Positions 14,613 to 23,263 of a stretch of DNA of 40,008 bases are shown here, piece after piece. The stretch is taken from NCBI GenBank assembly GCA_964590105.1, contig CAZPYM010000004.1:1-40008 (forward strand). Direction: 5' to 3'. This stretch comes from an uncultured Gammaproteobacteria bacterium (GTDB lineage Bacteria > Patescibacteriota > Patescibacteriia > UBA11705 > JABHMO01). Position numbers and translations under genes: made by a program. Each line of letters opens with the position of its first letter. The stretch's first letter is position 1. The notes below the pieces were generated by a model, which worked only from the letters and a program-made list of their open reading frames with translations, searched no databases and was not told the origin of the DNA.

Positions 14613-15662
14613 ATGGAAACAGCTTTTGTTTTTAAAATCGGCATTCTTTGTGTATTGTCTTTTTTAATTGCCTTTTTCTTTACTCCCCTACTCTCCCACT
14701 TTTTATATAAATACAAGATGGGCAAACAAATCAGAGATTCCAAATCCGCTCCGATTTTTTCCGCCCTGCACAAAAATAAATCCGGCACGCCGACAATGGG
14801 CGGCATATTAATATGGTTGACAGTGTTATTTCTGGCAATGCTTTTTTTCATTATTGAAAAATTTTTTCCAGGCAGTTTTCTCGGCAACTTAAACTTTTTA
14901 ACCAGAGAACAAACATTACTGCCGCTCGGCGCGCTGGTGATCTCGGCTATTATCGGCCTGATTGATGACTACCTAGGGGTAAAAAAAATCGGCCCGAAAG
15001 GAGGCGGTCTAAGCGTGCTCTACAGATTGGGGCTATATACTGTTATTGCGCTCGGAGGAGCTCTCTGGTTTTACTTCAAGCTTGATTGGGATGTTTTCCA
15101 TGTGCCTTTTCTGGGCAATTACGAAATCGACCTCTGGTATATTCCTATTTTCATTTTTGTATTAGTGGCTTCTGCTTTTTCTGTTAATGAAATTGACGGC
15201 CTCGACGGATTGGCTGGAGGCACGTTGGCCACGACTTTTGCCGCCCTAGGAGCAATCAGCTTTTCTCAAGGAAAATTTGAATTAGCTGCGTTCTGCGGCG
15301 TCATCATGGGCGCGCTTGTTGCTTTTTTGTGGTTCAACATCAATCCGGCGCGATTTTTCATGGGCGACACGGGCGCCATGAGCCTCGGAATTTCCGTCGG
15401 CCTCATAGCCATGCTTACGAACACAGCTCTTTTACTGCCGATCATCGGGTTTTTATTTGTGATAGAATCACTGTCAGTAATTATTCAAGTGCTGTCAAAA
15501 AAATTCCGAAATAAAAAAGTTTTTCTATCAGCGCCGATACATCATCATTTTCAAGCCAAGGGCTGGCCAGAACCAAAAATAGTTATGCGCTTTTGGCTAA
15601 TCTCAAGCATCACGGCAGTCGTAGGCGTTGTCGTCTTTCTACTAGACAAAGGATGGTATTAA
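14613..15662 (+). CDS. mraY: phospho-N-acetylmuramoyl-pentapeptide transferase (349 aa)
   Basis: NEIDGLDGLAGG, FMGDTGAMSLG and PIHHHF motifs. Confidence 0.95.
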   Translation: METAFVFKIGILCVLSFLIAFFFTPLLSHFLYKYKMGKQIRDSKSAPIFSALHKNKSGTPTMGGILIWLTVLFLAMLFFIIEKFFPGSFLGNLNFLTREQTLLPLGALVISAIIGLIDDYLGVKKIGPKGGGLSVLYRLGLYTVIALGGALWFYFKLDWDVFHVPFLGNYEIDLWYIPIFIFVLVASAFSVNEIDGLDGLAGGTLATTFAALGAISFSQGKFELAAFCGVIMGALVAFLWFNINPARFFMGDTGAMSLGISVGLIAMLTNTALLLPIIGFLFVIESLSVIIQVLSKKFRNKKVFLSAPIHHHFQAKGWPEPKIVMRFWLISSITAVVGVVVFLLDKGWY

Positions 15663-15814
15663 TCACGACGGCGCTAACAGGTTGTATACGGGTAGGTCGG
15701 TAGGTTGACGAACTGGAATTCCTACATCCTACAACATCATATACCCTTAAAACAATCCATACGAAAGAAAAAAAATTCCCAAAATTTAATAACAAAAAAG
15801 TCCTGATCCTTGGA

Positions 15815-17104
15815 TTGGGCTTGCTTGGGCGCGGATTAAAAGACGCGATTTTTTTTGCTGAAAAAGGCGCGCAAGTGACTGTCAGCGATCTAAAACCAGC
15901 CGATGCATTAAAATCTTCAATTGAAAAGCTGGAAAAATATCCAAATATAAAATTCGCGCTAGGGGAACACAAAAAAGAAGATCTTTTGAACGCAGAACTG
16001 ATTATCAGGAATGCGGCTGTTCCGGCAGACTCGCCATTTCTTAAACTTGCGAGAAAAAATAAAAAGAAAATAGATATGGATGAATCGCTATTTGCCGAAT
16101 TCTGCCCTTGTCCCATTATCGGCATCACCGGCACCCGAGGTAAAAGCACAACTACGACGCTCATTGGAAAAATTCTGCAGGACACCTGGCAGACCGACAA
16201 AAGAAAAGTTTATATTTCCGGCAATCTACAGGGTAAAGCAACTTTGCCGCTGATTGATAAAGTGACCAAGAATGACTTGGTTGTTTTGGAACTCTCCAGC
16301 TGGCAACTGCAGGGCTTTGGCTGGAAAAAAATCAGCCCACACATTGCTGTTTTCACCAATATTTTTCCTGATCATTTGAATAGTTACAAATCAATGCGCA
16401 GTTATATCAATGACAAGAAGCTGATATTCCAATTTCAAACCAAACGCGACTACTGCATCGTCAATAATGAAAATAATTACACCAAGCAAATTCAGGAAGA
16501 AATAAAATCAACTGTTGTGCCGTTTTTCAAAGGGCAAGTGCCGACCAGCTGGGATATAAAAATCCCCGGCCGACACAACCTGGAAAATATCGCCGCTGCG
16601 CTCGGCGTCTGCAAAGTACTGGGAATTTCAAAGAAAAAAGCTCAAAAATCCATTGAAAACTTTTCCGGACTGGAACACAGAATGGAAATCATTGAAACAA
16701 TAAACGGCGTAACTTTTATTAATGACACTACCTCCACAACTCCGGCCGCCGGTCAGGCGGCCCTGGCTTCAATAAAATCACCAGTCATTTTATTGGCTGG
16801 TGGCGCAACAAAAAATCTCAATTTGAATCCATTTGCCAAAGATATTTCCAAAAAAGTAAAAGTCGTCATCTTGTTAGAAGGCTCAGCCACTGACGAACTG
16901 GCAACAAAAATCAGTCGAAATGGCGGCGAAAATATTATTGCCGGCCGTTTTGACAATTTTGAAAAAGCCATTCAACATGCATACGGACTCAGTCTTGCCG
17001 GCGATACGATCCTGCTCTCCCCCGGCTGCGCCAGTTTTGGCATGTTTAAAAATGAATTTGACCGCGGAGAACAGTTTAAAAAAATTGTCAGCAAACTGAA
17101 ATAA
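15815..17104 (+). CDS. murD: UDP-N-acetylmuramoylalanine--D-glutamate ligase; 5' boundary unresolved
   Basis: GITGTRGKSTTT P-loop and Mur ligase layout. The open frame extends upstream to 15704 and encodes KKVLILGLG, part of the Rossmann motif, but has no ATG/GTG/TTG there. Confidence 0.9.
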   Translation: MGLLGRGLKDAIFFAEKGAQVTVSDLKPADALKSSIEKLEKYPNIKFALGEHKKEDLLNAELIIRNAAVPADSPFLKLARKNKKKIDMDESLFAEFCPCPIIGITGTRGKSTTTTLIGKILQDTWQTDKRKVYISGNLQGKATLPLIDKVTKNDLVVLELSSWQLQGFGWKKISPHIAVFTNIFPDHLNSYKSMRSYINDKKLIFQFQTKRDYCIVNNENNYTKQIQEEIKSTVVPFFKGQVPTSWDIKIPGRHNLENIAAALGVCKVLGISKKKAQKSIENFSGLEHRMEIIETINGVTFINDTTSTTPAAGQAALASIKSPVILLAGGATKNLNLNPFAKDISKKVKVVILLEGSATDELATKISRNGGENIIAGRFDNFEKAIQHAYGLSLAGDTILLSPGCASFGMFKNEFDRGEQFKKIVSKLK

Positions 17105-17149
17105 CTTCGCTTCAAACTTCTGATTCTTGTTTTCAAATTAATTGCCACC

Positions 17150-18262
17150 ATGAATAAAACATCCAATTACCACGCTCCAGACTATATTTTAATCGGCGCT
17201 TTCGGCGCTTTAATTTTACTCGGCCTCGCCGTCCTGTCGTCCGCCGGCACGGCTGTCGGGTTTGAAAAATTCGGCGACAGTTATTATTTTATTAAACATC
17301 AGGCCCTTTACGGCCTGTTGCCGGGAATTTTGCTTTTTATTATTTTTTCCAAAATCAACTACCAAGTCTGGAAAAAATTCATTGTACCGCTATTGGTAAT
17401 TTCAATTCTTTTGCTGATCATTGTCTTCATTCCCGGAGTTGGTGCGGAATACGGCACAGCCAAAAGTTGGATAAACATTGGCAATTTTTCATTTCAACCT
17501 GCGGAATTGGTCAAGCTGACTTTCCTGCTTTATCTGGCAACCTGGCTGGAACGCCGCGGTGTTTACGGTGTCAAAGATTTTTATTCCGGGTTTTTGCCAT
17601 TTTTGTTTTTAATTGGCATTATCTCCTCCCTCATGCTTTTACAGCCCGACATGGGCTCGCTTTCAATTATTATTTTCATGTCAATCGCCGTCTTCTTTGC
17701 TTCGGGCGCAAAAATGAAACATGTGCTGGCTATGGTGGCGGCCGGCGCTACCGCGATTTATCTTTTAATTATCAAGTCACCATATCGAGCCGCCCGCCTG
17801 ACAACTTTCCTACATCCTGAATTAGACCCTCAAGGTATCGGCTATCACATTAACCAAGCTTTTCTGGCTATCGGCTCCGGCGGCATCTGGGGACGCGGCT
17901 TTGGACTATCTAGACAAAAGTTTCAATATCTGCCAGAAGCAACCGGCGATTCTATTTTCGCAATTTACGCAGAAGAACTTGGCATGATCATGTGTTTTAT
18001 TTTACTGGCTTTATTCATCCTGCTAATATATCGAGGATTAAAAATTGCCAGACGCTCTCCGGACCAGTTCGGCAGATTGGCCAGCGCAGGCATAGTTTCC
18101 TGGCTGGTTTTCCAAGCATTTTTTAACATTTCTTCCATGGTCGGCCTGCTTCCCATGACCGGCATTCCCCTGCCATTCATCAGCTACGGAGGCACCGCGC
18201 TGGCCGTCGGCCTGGCGGCTATGGGAATTCTGGTTAATATCTCCAGACAAACAAAAACATAA
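17150..18262 (+). CDS. ftsW: SEDS-family peptidoglycan polymerase FtsW (370 aa)
   Basis: About ten TM segments, FQPAELVKL, and a LPFISYGGTA-type C-terminal motif. Follows mraY-murD. Confidence 0.9.
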   Translation: MNKTSNYHAPDYILIGAFGALILLGLAVLSSAGTAVGFEKFGDSYYFIKHQALYGLLPGILLFIIFSKINYQVWKKFIVPLLVISILLLIIVFIPGVGAEYGTAKSWINIGNFSFQPAELVKLTFLLYLATWLERRGVYGVKDFYSGFLPFLFLIGIISSLMLLQPDMGSLSIIIFMSIAVFFASGAKMKHVLAMVAAGATAIYLLIIKSPYRAARLTTFLHPELDPQGIGYHINQAFLAIGSGGIWGRGFGLSRQKFQYLPEATGDSIFAIYAEELGMIMCFILLALFILLIYRGLKIARRSPDQFGRLASAGIVSWLVFQAFFNISSMVGLLPMTGIPLPFISYGGTALAVGLAAMGILVNISRQTKT

Positions 18263-18264
18263 AA

Positions 18265-18292
18265 GACGACACTTCAGGGTGTCGCCTTTTTA
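18265..18292. terminator. bidirectional terminator between ftsW (+) and nifS (-)
   Basis: CGACAC-TTCAGG-GTGTCG stem flanked by AAAA on the left and CCTTTTT on the right. Confidence 0.65.
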
Positions 18293-18311
18293 TATAAAAT
18301 TTTCCGAATAA

Positions 18312-19496
18312 TTATTTTGGCGCCATTTGACGGAGTTTTTCTACTGTCCTGGTAATCTCCTTTATAAACGGCGCCACATCGCCCAGTGAATTAAATCGGC
18401 CAAGTGAAACACGAATACTGCCATGCGACCATTCCGGTTTAATGCCCATTGCCGACAAAACATGAGACGGTTCGAGAGAACCGGACGAACAAGCAGAACC
18501 GGTTGAAACAGCGATCCCGGCCATATCGAGCATCATTAAAATGCTTTCGCCCTCTGCGTTTTTGAAACTGACATTAATAATATTTGGCAGTTGATTTTCA
18601 GGATTGCCATTAAATCTAATATCTTTAATTTTATCAAGTCCCTCGACTATTTTCTGCTTCACTTGTTTTACTTTTTCAATTTGTTTTTTCTGATTAATCA
18701 GCCCCATGGCGGCTCCCAGCCCGACAATCCCGGCTACATTGTGAGTTCCCGGCCGCAGATTGTATTCCTGATGCCCGCCAAATATTATTGGATCAATTTT
18801 CACTCCACGACGAACATAAAGAGCTCCAATGCCCTTTGGCCCGTAAATTTTGTGACCGGACAAGCTCAATAAGTCTACGCACAACTTGTCAACATTGCAA
18901 TCCAAATAGTTCATCGCCTGCACAGCATCGACATGAAAATAAAGCGGCAGAGATTTTTTATTTTCTCTATCTTGTTTATCCCGTTTAGCCCGAATAATCT
19001 CCCCAATCTCTTCAATTGGCTGCACGCTTCCGACTTCATTATTGGCGTACATTATTGAAACCAAAATAGTATTTGCTTTAATTTTCTTTTCCAGCTGGTC
19101 AATTTTAATCACGCCGTTTTCATCAACGTCAATGTAATCAGTTTCAACCTGATTATTTTTTTCTAAATATTTAAAAACTTCCAACACAGCCGGGTGCTCG
19201 ATCTTTGAAGTAATAATATGAACTTTCTGCCCCTGTTTTCCAAGTTTCTCAACTAATCCTCGAATAGCCAAATTATTACTTTCTGTGGCGCCGGAAGTAA
19301 AAATAATTTCCTGCGCTTCACAACCCAAAAAATCAGCGACCCGATCTCTCGCCTCATCGACAGCTGAAAGCGCGGATTGTCCGAAAGAATGCACTGATCC
19401 GGCATTGCCAAATTTGTCCTGCAAATATGGCAGCATAGCATCAAAAACGCGAGGATCTATCTTTGTGGTTGCTGAATTATCAAAATATATTTGCAT
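18312..19496 (-). CDS. iscS: cysteine desulfurase, NifS/IscS type (394 aa)
   Basis: PLP-lysine motif SLSGHKIYGPKG and active-site STGSACSSG. Confidence 0.93.
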   Translation of the reverse strand: MQIYFDNSATTKIDPRVFDAMLPYLQDKFGNAGSVHSFGQSALSAVDEARDRVADFLGCEAQEIIFTSGATESNNLAIRGLVEKLGKQGQKVHIITSKIEHPAVLEVFKYLEKNNQVETDYIDVDENGVIKIDQLEKKIKANTILVSIMYANNEVGSVQPIEEIGEIIRAKRDKQDRENKKSLPLYFHVDAVQAMNYLDCNVDKLCVDLLSLSGHKIYGPKGIGALYVRRGVKIDPIIFGGHQEYNLRPGTHNVAGIVGLGAAMGLINQKKQIEKVKQVKQKIVEGLDKIKDIRFNGNPENQLPNIINVSFKNAEGESILMMLDMAGIAVSTGSACSSGSLEPSHVLSAMGIKPEWSHGSIRVSLGRFNSLGDVAPFIKEITRTVEKLRQMAPK

Positions 19497-19508
19497 AAAA
19501 TATAATGA

Positions 19509-19766
19509 TTAAACTGAAATAACTTCTTTGACTTCTGGAATTTCTTTTTTTAGCGCCGCTTCTACACCTTGCTTCAAGGTTATTGCGGACATTGGACAAT
19601 GAGCGCAGGCGCCCTGTAATTTAACTTTTACCACCCCCTCTTCTGTTACCTCAACCAATTCAATGTCTCCCCCGTCCATTTGAAGAGAGGGTCTTATTTT
19701 TTCAATAACTTTTTGAACCTTGTTTTTCATAAATTTATTTATCATGGAACATATAGCATTATTCAT
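19509..19766 (-). CDS. NifU C-terminal-domain (Nfu-type) Fe-S carrier (85 aa)
   Basis: RBS AAAGGAGAAGGGGGG. GGDIELVEV...GACAHCPMS CxxC motif. Confidence 0.8.
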   Translation of the reverse strand: MNNAICSMINKFMKNKVQKVIEKIRPSLQMDGGDIELVEVTEEGVVKVKLQGACAHCPMSAITLKQGVEAALKKEIPEVKEVISV

Positions 19767-19795
19767 AGAGCCCCCCTTCTCCTTTCAGCTGCTCT

Positions 19796-19830
19796 ATGTT
19801 CCGTGTTCTATGTTCTATGTTTTATGTCTT
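19796..19830. repeat. five tandem 7-mers ATGTTCC GTGTTCT ATGTTCT ATGTTTT ATGTCTT
   Basis: Read directly, in the iscU-nfu spacer and overlapping the iscU stop. The same heptamer family occurs at 30697-30731 and 37849-37869. Confidence 0.85.
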
Positions 19831-20224
19831 ATTTTTTATGGTTTTCATCTTCAAGATACTTTTTAATCGCCTGCTTCAATGCTTCCTGCGCCAAAACTGA
19901 ACAATGGTGCTTGAGCGGCGGCACGCCTCCGAGAGCTTTGACAATATCATCTTTCGAAATGTTAAGCGCCTGATCAAATGTTTTTCCTCTTGCTAAATCG
20001 GTCAACATCGAAGTAGCACCTATTGCGGCTGCACAACCAAGTGTTTCAAATTTAATATCTTTAATTATGCATTCGCCTTTTTTATTTTTTGCAACCCTGA
20101 GATACAGTTTCATAATATCACCACATTTAATATTGCCAACCTCGCCGATAGCATCGGCGTTTTTTATTTTTCCCTGATTGTGGGGATTTCGAAAATGTTC
20201 CAACAGTTTTTTTGTATACATCAT
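19829..20224 (-). CDS. iscU: Fe-S cluster scaffold IscU/NifU N-terminal type (131 aa)
   Basis: Three conserved Cys in CGDIM, LGCAAAI and HHCSVLA. Confidence 0.93.
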   Translation of the reverse strand: MMYTKKLLEHFRNPHNQGKIKNADAIGEVGNIKCGDIMKLYLRVAKNKKGECIIKDIKFETLGCAAAIGATSMLTDLARGKTFDQALNISKDDIVKALGGVPPLKHHCSVLAQEALKQAIKKYLEDENHKK

Positions 20225-20228
20225 ATGT

Positions 20229-20615
20229 TTACATTATTGATTTTAGACTAATTGAATTGAGTGTTTTTCTTACTTGAGCATAAAGAGCCTCCCAGACTGG
20301 GTGAACCTTACAGCCGCATTCGCAACAAACCTTTTTGTCGACGCATCCATATGGCGCGACAGTGCCTTCCAGCGCTTCAATTATTTGTAGGGTTGTAATT
20401 TTCCCGGCCGGCGCAGCCAATAAATATCCGCCGTTGACTCCCTTGACTGATTTTACAATGCCGGCTTTTTTCATTCTGGCAAACAATCTCTCCAAATAAG
20501 ACAAAGACAGCCCTTCATCTCTCGCAATCATAGCCAAAGAAACCGGTTTTTTACCGGCCGGATCAAGATGCACAATGGCTCGGAGCCCGTATTCTGTCCT
20601 GGTGGAAAACTTCAT
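20229..20615 (-). CDS. Rrf2-family transcriptional regulator (IscR-like), 128 aa
   Basis: MKFSTRTEYGLRAIVHL is an Rrf2 N-terminus. Cys cluster CVDKKVCCECGC. First gene of the isc operon. Confidence 0.85.
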   Translation of the reverse strand: MKFSTRTEYGLRAIVHLDPAGKKPVSLAMIARDEGLSLSYLERLFARMKKAGIVKSVKGVNGGYLLAAPAGKITTLQIIEALEGTVAPYGCVDKKVCCECGCKVHPVWEALYAQVRKTLNSISLKSIM

Positions 20616-20624
20616 AAAGAAAAA

Positions 20625-20675
20625 CCAACTAATTTAGTTGGTTTTATAATAGCACATCTTTTTCAGAGGCGTCAA
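20625..20675 (-). promoter_or_regulatory. isc promoter (TTGACG, 18 nt, TATTAT) with a 17-bp palindrome CCAACTAA-T-TTAGTTGG just downstream of the -10
   Basis: On the minus strand, -35 is at 20670-20675 and -10 at 20646-20651. The palindrome at 20625-20641 lies 9 nt upstream of the Rrf2 ATG. Confidence 0.45.
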
Positions 20676-20703
20676 GAGCCTGGGGACAAGTCCCGAAACA
20701 CGC

Positions 20704-21831
20704 CTACTTTGCCGGCAAACCGGCTGCTTCTATTGCCCTCGCCTGCTCTGAAGAAAAAGCTACGCGATACAAATTTGACGGTTGAATTTCCCTCATCATT
20801 TCCCTGATGGTCGCGCCTGGACCCAGCCGAGAGAGCACCTGGGCAATGTAGGGAGTAATGTCGAGAATCGACACTTTTTTTTGCAATTCCCCGGTACGAA
20901 GAACTCTTTTCGTAAAATCGAACAAGCTGTTCGTTGTCACGAATTCATCCAGACAGGATGCATTCAGTTTTTCCACAAACGTTTTTTCGGCACCATCTTT
21001 GTCAAAGCCAAGCGTATGAGTAACAAGCGCAATCACGTACTTTGCGCCCTTGTCCTTGGCATGTTCAGCAGCCGCAAAAAGAGAGTCGCCGGAAGCGCAC
21101 AAATCATCCCTCGTATACACGAGGCAGGAAACCACGTCGCCCGCGATTCCCATGCTGACGACTGAATGAGCCTGCGACCAGTCGCGCTTTTTCAAATGAA
21201 CAGCAAGTTCATGTTCCATGGCTTTGGAAATACGATAGTTCGGACCGACAGCCCCTTCGTCGGGCGGCATCGCCCTAACTTTGTCTGCCTGAATTCCAAA
21301 ATGCGAAACAATCGCCGGCAGCCGCGCGCCAAGATAATCCAGGTAAATGTTATCCATCCACAAACCGCGGACCTTGGCGTGAGTGAAAAATCCCTCAATC
21401 TGATCCGCATGAATATCAACGTAGACAATGCGCGCCATGCCGGACATTTCGAGCACATCAGCAACCCAACGGGCGCTGATCGGCTCTCTCTTGCCATGGC
21501 TTTTGTCCTGACGGGCATACGGAAAACACGGCACCACCAAAGTAATTTTCTCCGCCTCGCCTTTTTCAAGCGCGCGGAGCAGGAGACAAACCTGCACCAG
21601 CTCATCATTGGTGTTGTACGGCGACCAGACCACTGCGCAATCGCGTCTTGACACGTTGCATTTGATTTCAGGCTTGGTTTCACCACCGGTCGGCACAGCT
21701 CCCTTGAAACGAGACCATTGCAAGGGCGAAAGAGGTACGCCGATTTCCTCGGCCAACCTTGAGGCAAACCCATCATTCGGAACGCCGGCAAACAAAAGAA
21801 ACTGATCAGAACCCCGTCTTCGTTGATTCAT
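20704..21831 (-). CDS. ribose-phosphate pyrophosphokinase family protein, divergent (375 aa)
   Basis: Start moved to the ATG at 21831, preceded by GGGGGAGAAC. Collinear with E. coli Prs (FAG..., PYARQDK, DIHADQIEGFF). The PRPP loop is atypical: RDDLCASGDSL versus DDMIDTGGTL. Confidence 0.8.
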   Translation of the reverse strand: MNQRRRGSDQFLLFAGVPNDGFASRLAEEIGVPLSPLQWSRFKGAVPTGGETKPEIKCNVSRRDCAVVWSPYNTNDELVQVCLLLRALEKGEAEKITLVVPCFPYARQDKSHGKREPISARWVADVLEMSGMARIVYVDIHADQIEGFFTHAKVRGLWMDNIYLDYLGARLPAIVSHFGIQADKVRAMPPDEGAVGPNYRISKAMEHELAVHLKKRDWSQAHSVVSMGIAGDVVSCLVYTRDDLCASGDSLFAAAEHAKDKGAKYVIALVTHTLGFDKDGAEKTFVEKLNASCLDEFVTTNSLFDFTKRVLRTGELQKKVSILDITPYIAQVLSRLGPGATIREMMREIQPSNLYRVAFSSEQARAIEAAGLPAK

Positions 21832-21905
21832 GTTCTCCCCCTGTTCTAAGTTACCCAGATTATAATTAGCGCCATATATCATAAGATTCAACAGCCCATA
21901 TAATG

Positions 21906-21934
21906 AGCTTACGACAGGCTTGCTTATTTGTCAA
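21906..21934 (-). promoter_or_regulatory. candidate promoter for the prs-like gene (TTGACA, 17 nt, TAAGCT)
   Basis: Minus-strand TTGACA at 21929-21934 and TAAGCT at 21906-21911. Confidence 0.4.
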
Positions 21935-21939
21935 AAGCT

Positions 21940-22707
21940 TCACTGCCCCTTGATTATCAACATGTTTTTCCCGCCTTCCAACATTTTAGCCTGCTTTATT
22001 TCATCCTCGTCCTGTTCATCATACGGCCGGTAAATTTCGCCGCTTGTTTTCACTGACAAATCATGATTAGCATTGATTATAACTGAATAATCGTATTTAA
22101 ATCCCTCTCCCCTGCGCGTGCCCACATCATTAGTAATAAATTGTTTTTCTGTATAGCCGCGGATTAAAAGAAAATGATATATCGGACCGGGCTGAGTATA
22201 ATATGGATTGCCAAGCTCTCTGCCGGCCATTGGCATTAAAATCAAATAACCCTGATCAAGCTGATTCTTTATATTTTCAATTGTTATGTTTTGCGTTATT
22301 TCACTTTGCAGACCGAAATATTCATCCGCCATAATCTTCACTTCTGATAATGTAGTGTCAGAATACAAACCAAACTGCTGTTTTTCCCATTCAACCAATT
22401 TTTGGATTTCCTGATCCATTATTTCCGGAGTTAGATTTTCTTTGGCAAAATATTTTGCCGCCAAAATCAATGCCGACTCTTCGCAAGCTTCCTGATATGG
22501 CAGGTCCCAATTGGCCATCGGAGCTTGCGAGGCAAAAAGCACCGGGATATTTACTTGTTCGCTTTTGCCCGGCTTCAACTCTTGCGCAGTCTGCTGAAAA
22601 TCCGCTTTATCCAATTCCATTAATTTATTGCCAATATCAAACAAAGGCGCCGCCGTGCAACCGGTAAGCATTATCATTATAAAAAAACATAGAATTATTC
22701 GCTGCAT
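21940..22707 (-). CDS. lipoprotein with C39-like (papain-fold) peptidase domain (255 aa)
   Basis: Start moved to the ATG at 22707. Lipobox MLTGC. Q...W...EACEESALILAAKYF and later HFLLIRGY...NDVG match the Cys/His pattern of Peptidase_C39-like domains. Confidence 0.65.
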   Translation of the reverse strand: MQRIILCFFIMIMLTGCTAAPLFDIGNKLMELDKADFQQTAQELKPGKSEQVNIPVLFASQAPMANWDLPYQEACEESALILAAKYFAKENLTPEIMDQEIQKLVEWEKQQFGLYSDTTLSEVKIMADEYFGLQSEITQNITIENIKNQLDQGYLILMPMAGRELGNPYYTQPGPIYHFLLIRGYTEKQFITNDVGTRRGEGFKYDYSVIINANHDLSVKTSGEIYRPYDEQDEDEIKQAKMLEGGKNMLIIKGQ

Positions 22708-22817
22708 ATATTCATTGTAGCAGATATTGGGCGAAAATAGCAAAAATTGCCTAAATTTGATGACCAGACGTGTCAGACCTTTCTCGCTTGACTCAAAGAA
22801 CTTATTCGCAGACCAGC

Positions 22818-22846
22818 TTGACAAGTTCTTTGTTTTAATATAAAAT
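22818..22846 (+). promoter_or_regulatory. rpmA promoter (TTGACA, 17 nt, TAAAAT) embedded in an inverted repeat CAAAGAACTT...AAGTTCTTTG
   Basis: -35 at 22818-22823 and -10 at 22841-22846. The 10-nt inverted repeat arms are at 22794-22803 and 22823-22832. Confidence 0.55.
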
Positions 22847-22883
22847 GATAACTAGTTATTATTAGCTAAAAGAATCAAACAAT

Positions 22884-23168
22884 ATGGCACATAAAAAAGC
22901 AGGCGGCAGTACCGCGCTTGGTCGCGATTCAAATGCCCAACGGCTGGGAGTAAAAGTATATTCCGGCCAACAAGTAAAAGCTGGAAGTATTTTGGTCAGA
23001 CAACGAGGGACCAGGATTCACACCGGCAAAAACGTGCTCAAGGGCAAGGACGACACTCTTTTCACGACCGTTGCGGGCATTGTCAAATACAACACCAAAA
23101 AAGTCAAAAATTTTACCGGCCGATTAAAGGCCAGAACCTTTGCCAGCGTGACTGCGGAAAAAAAATAA
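22884..23168 (+). CDS. rpmA: 50S ribosomal protein L27 (94 aa)
   Basis: [24 protein letters not shown] is the canonical L27 N-terminus. Confidence 0.97.
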   Translation: MAHKKAGGSTALGRDSNAQRLGVKVYSGQQVKAGSILVRQRGTRIHTGKNVLKGKDDTLFTTVAGIVKYNTKKVKNFTGRLKARTFASVTAEKK

Positions 23169-23176
23169 CTTCATAT

Positions 23177-23208
23177 AAAAAAACCTGGCGAATAAGCCTG
23201 GTTTTTTT
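23177..23208. terminator. A-tract/T-tract hairpin after rpmA
   Basis: AAAAAAACCTGGC-GAATAA-GCCTGGTTTTTTT, with one mismatch in the stem. Confidence 0.6.
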
Positions 23209-23230
23209 ATTTTAAATTGATTATAGAATT

Positions 23231-23255
23231 GAAAAAGGCGGAACTTGGTTCCGCC
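23231..23255 (-). terminator. intrinsic terminator after the 724-aa surface protein gene
   Basis: GGCGGAAC-TTG-GTTCCGCC. The minus strand continues with TTTTTC. Confidence 0.75.
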
Positions 23256-23263
23256 CTTATTAT

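Noticed and set aside
21166-21805. ORFs 21166-21651 (+), 21192-21791 (-, other frame) and 21608-21805 (+) overlapping the prs-like gene
   Set aside because: These are a by-product of about 50 percent GC in this segment. Only the 20704-21831 frame aligns with Prs motifs and has an RBS.
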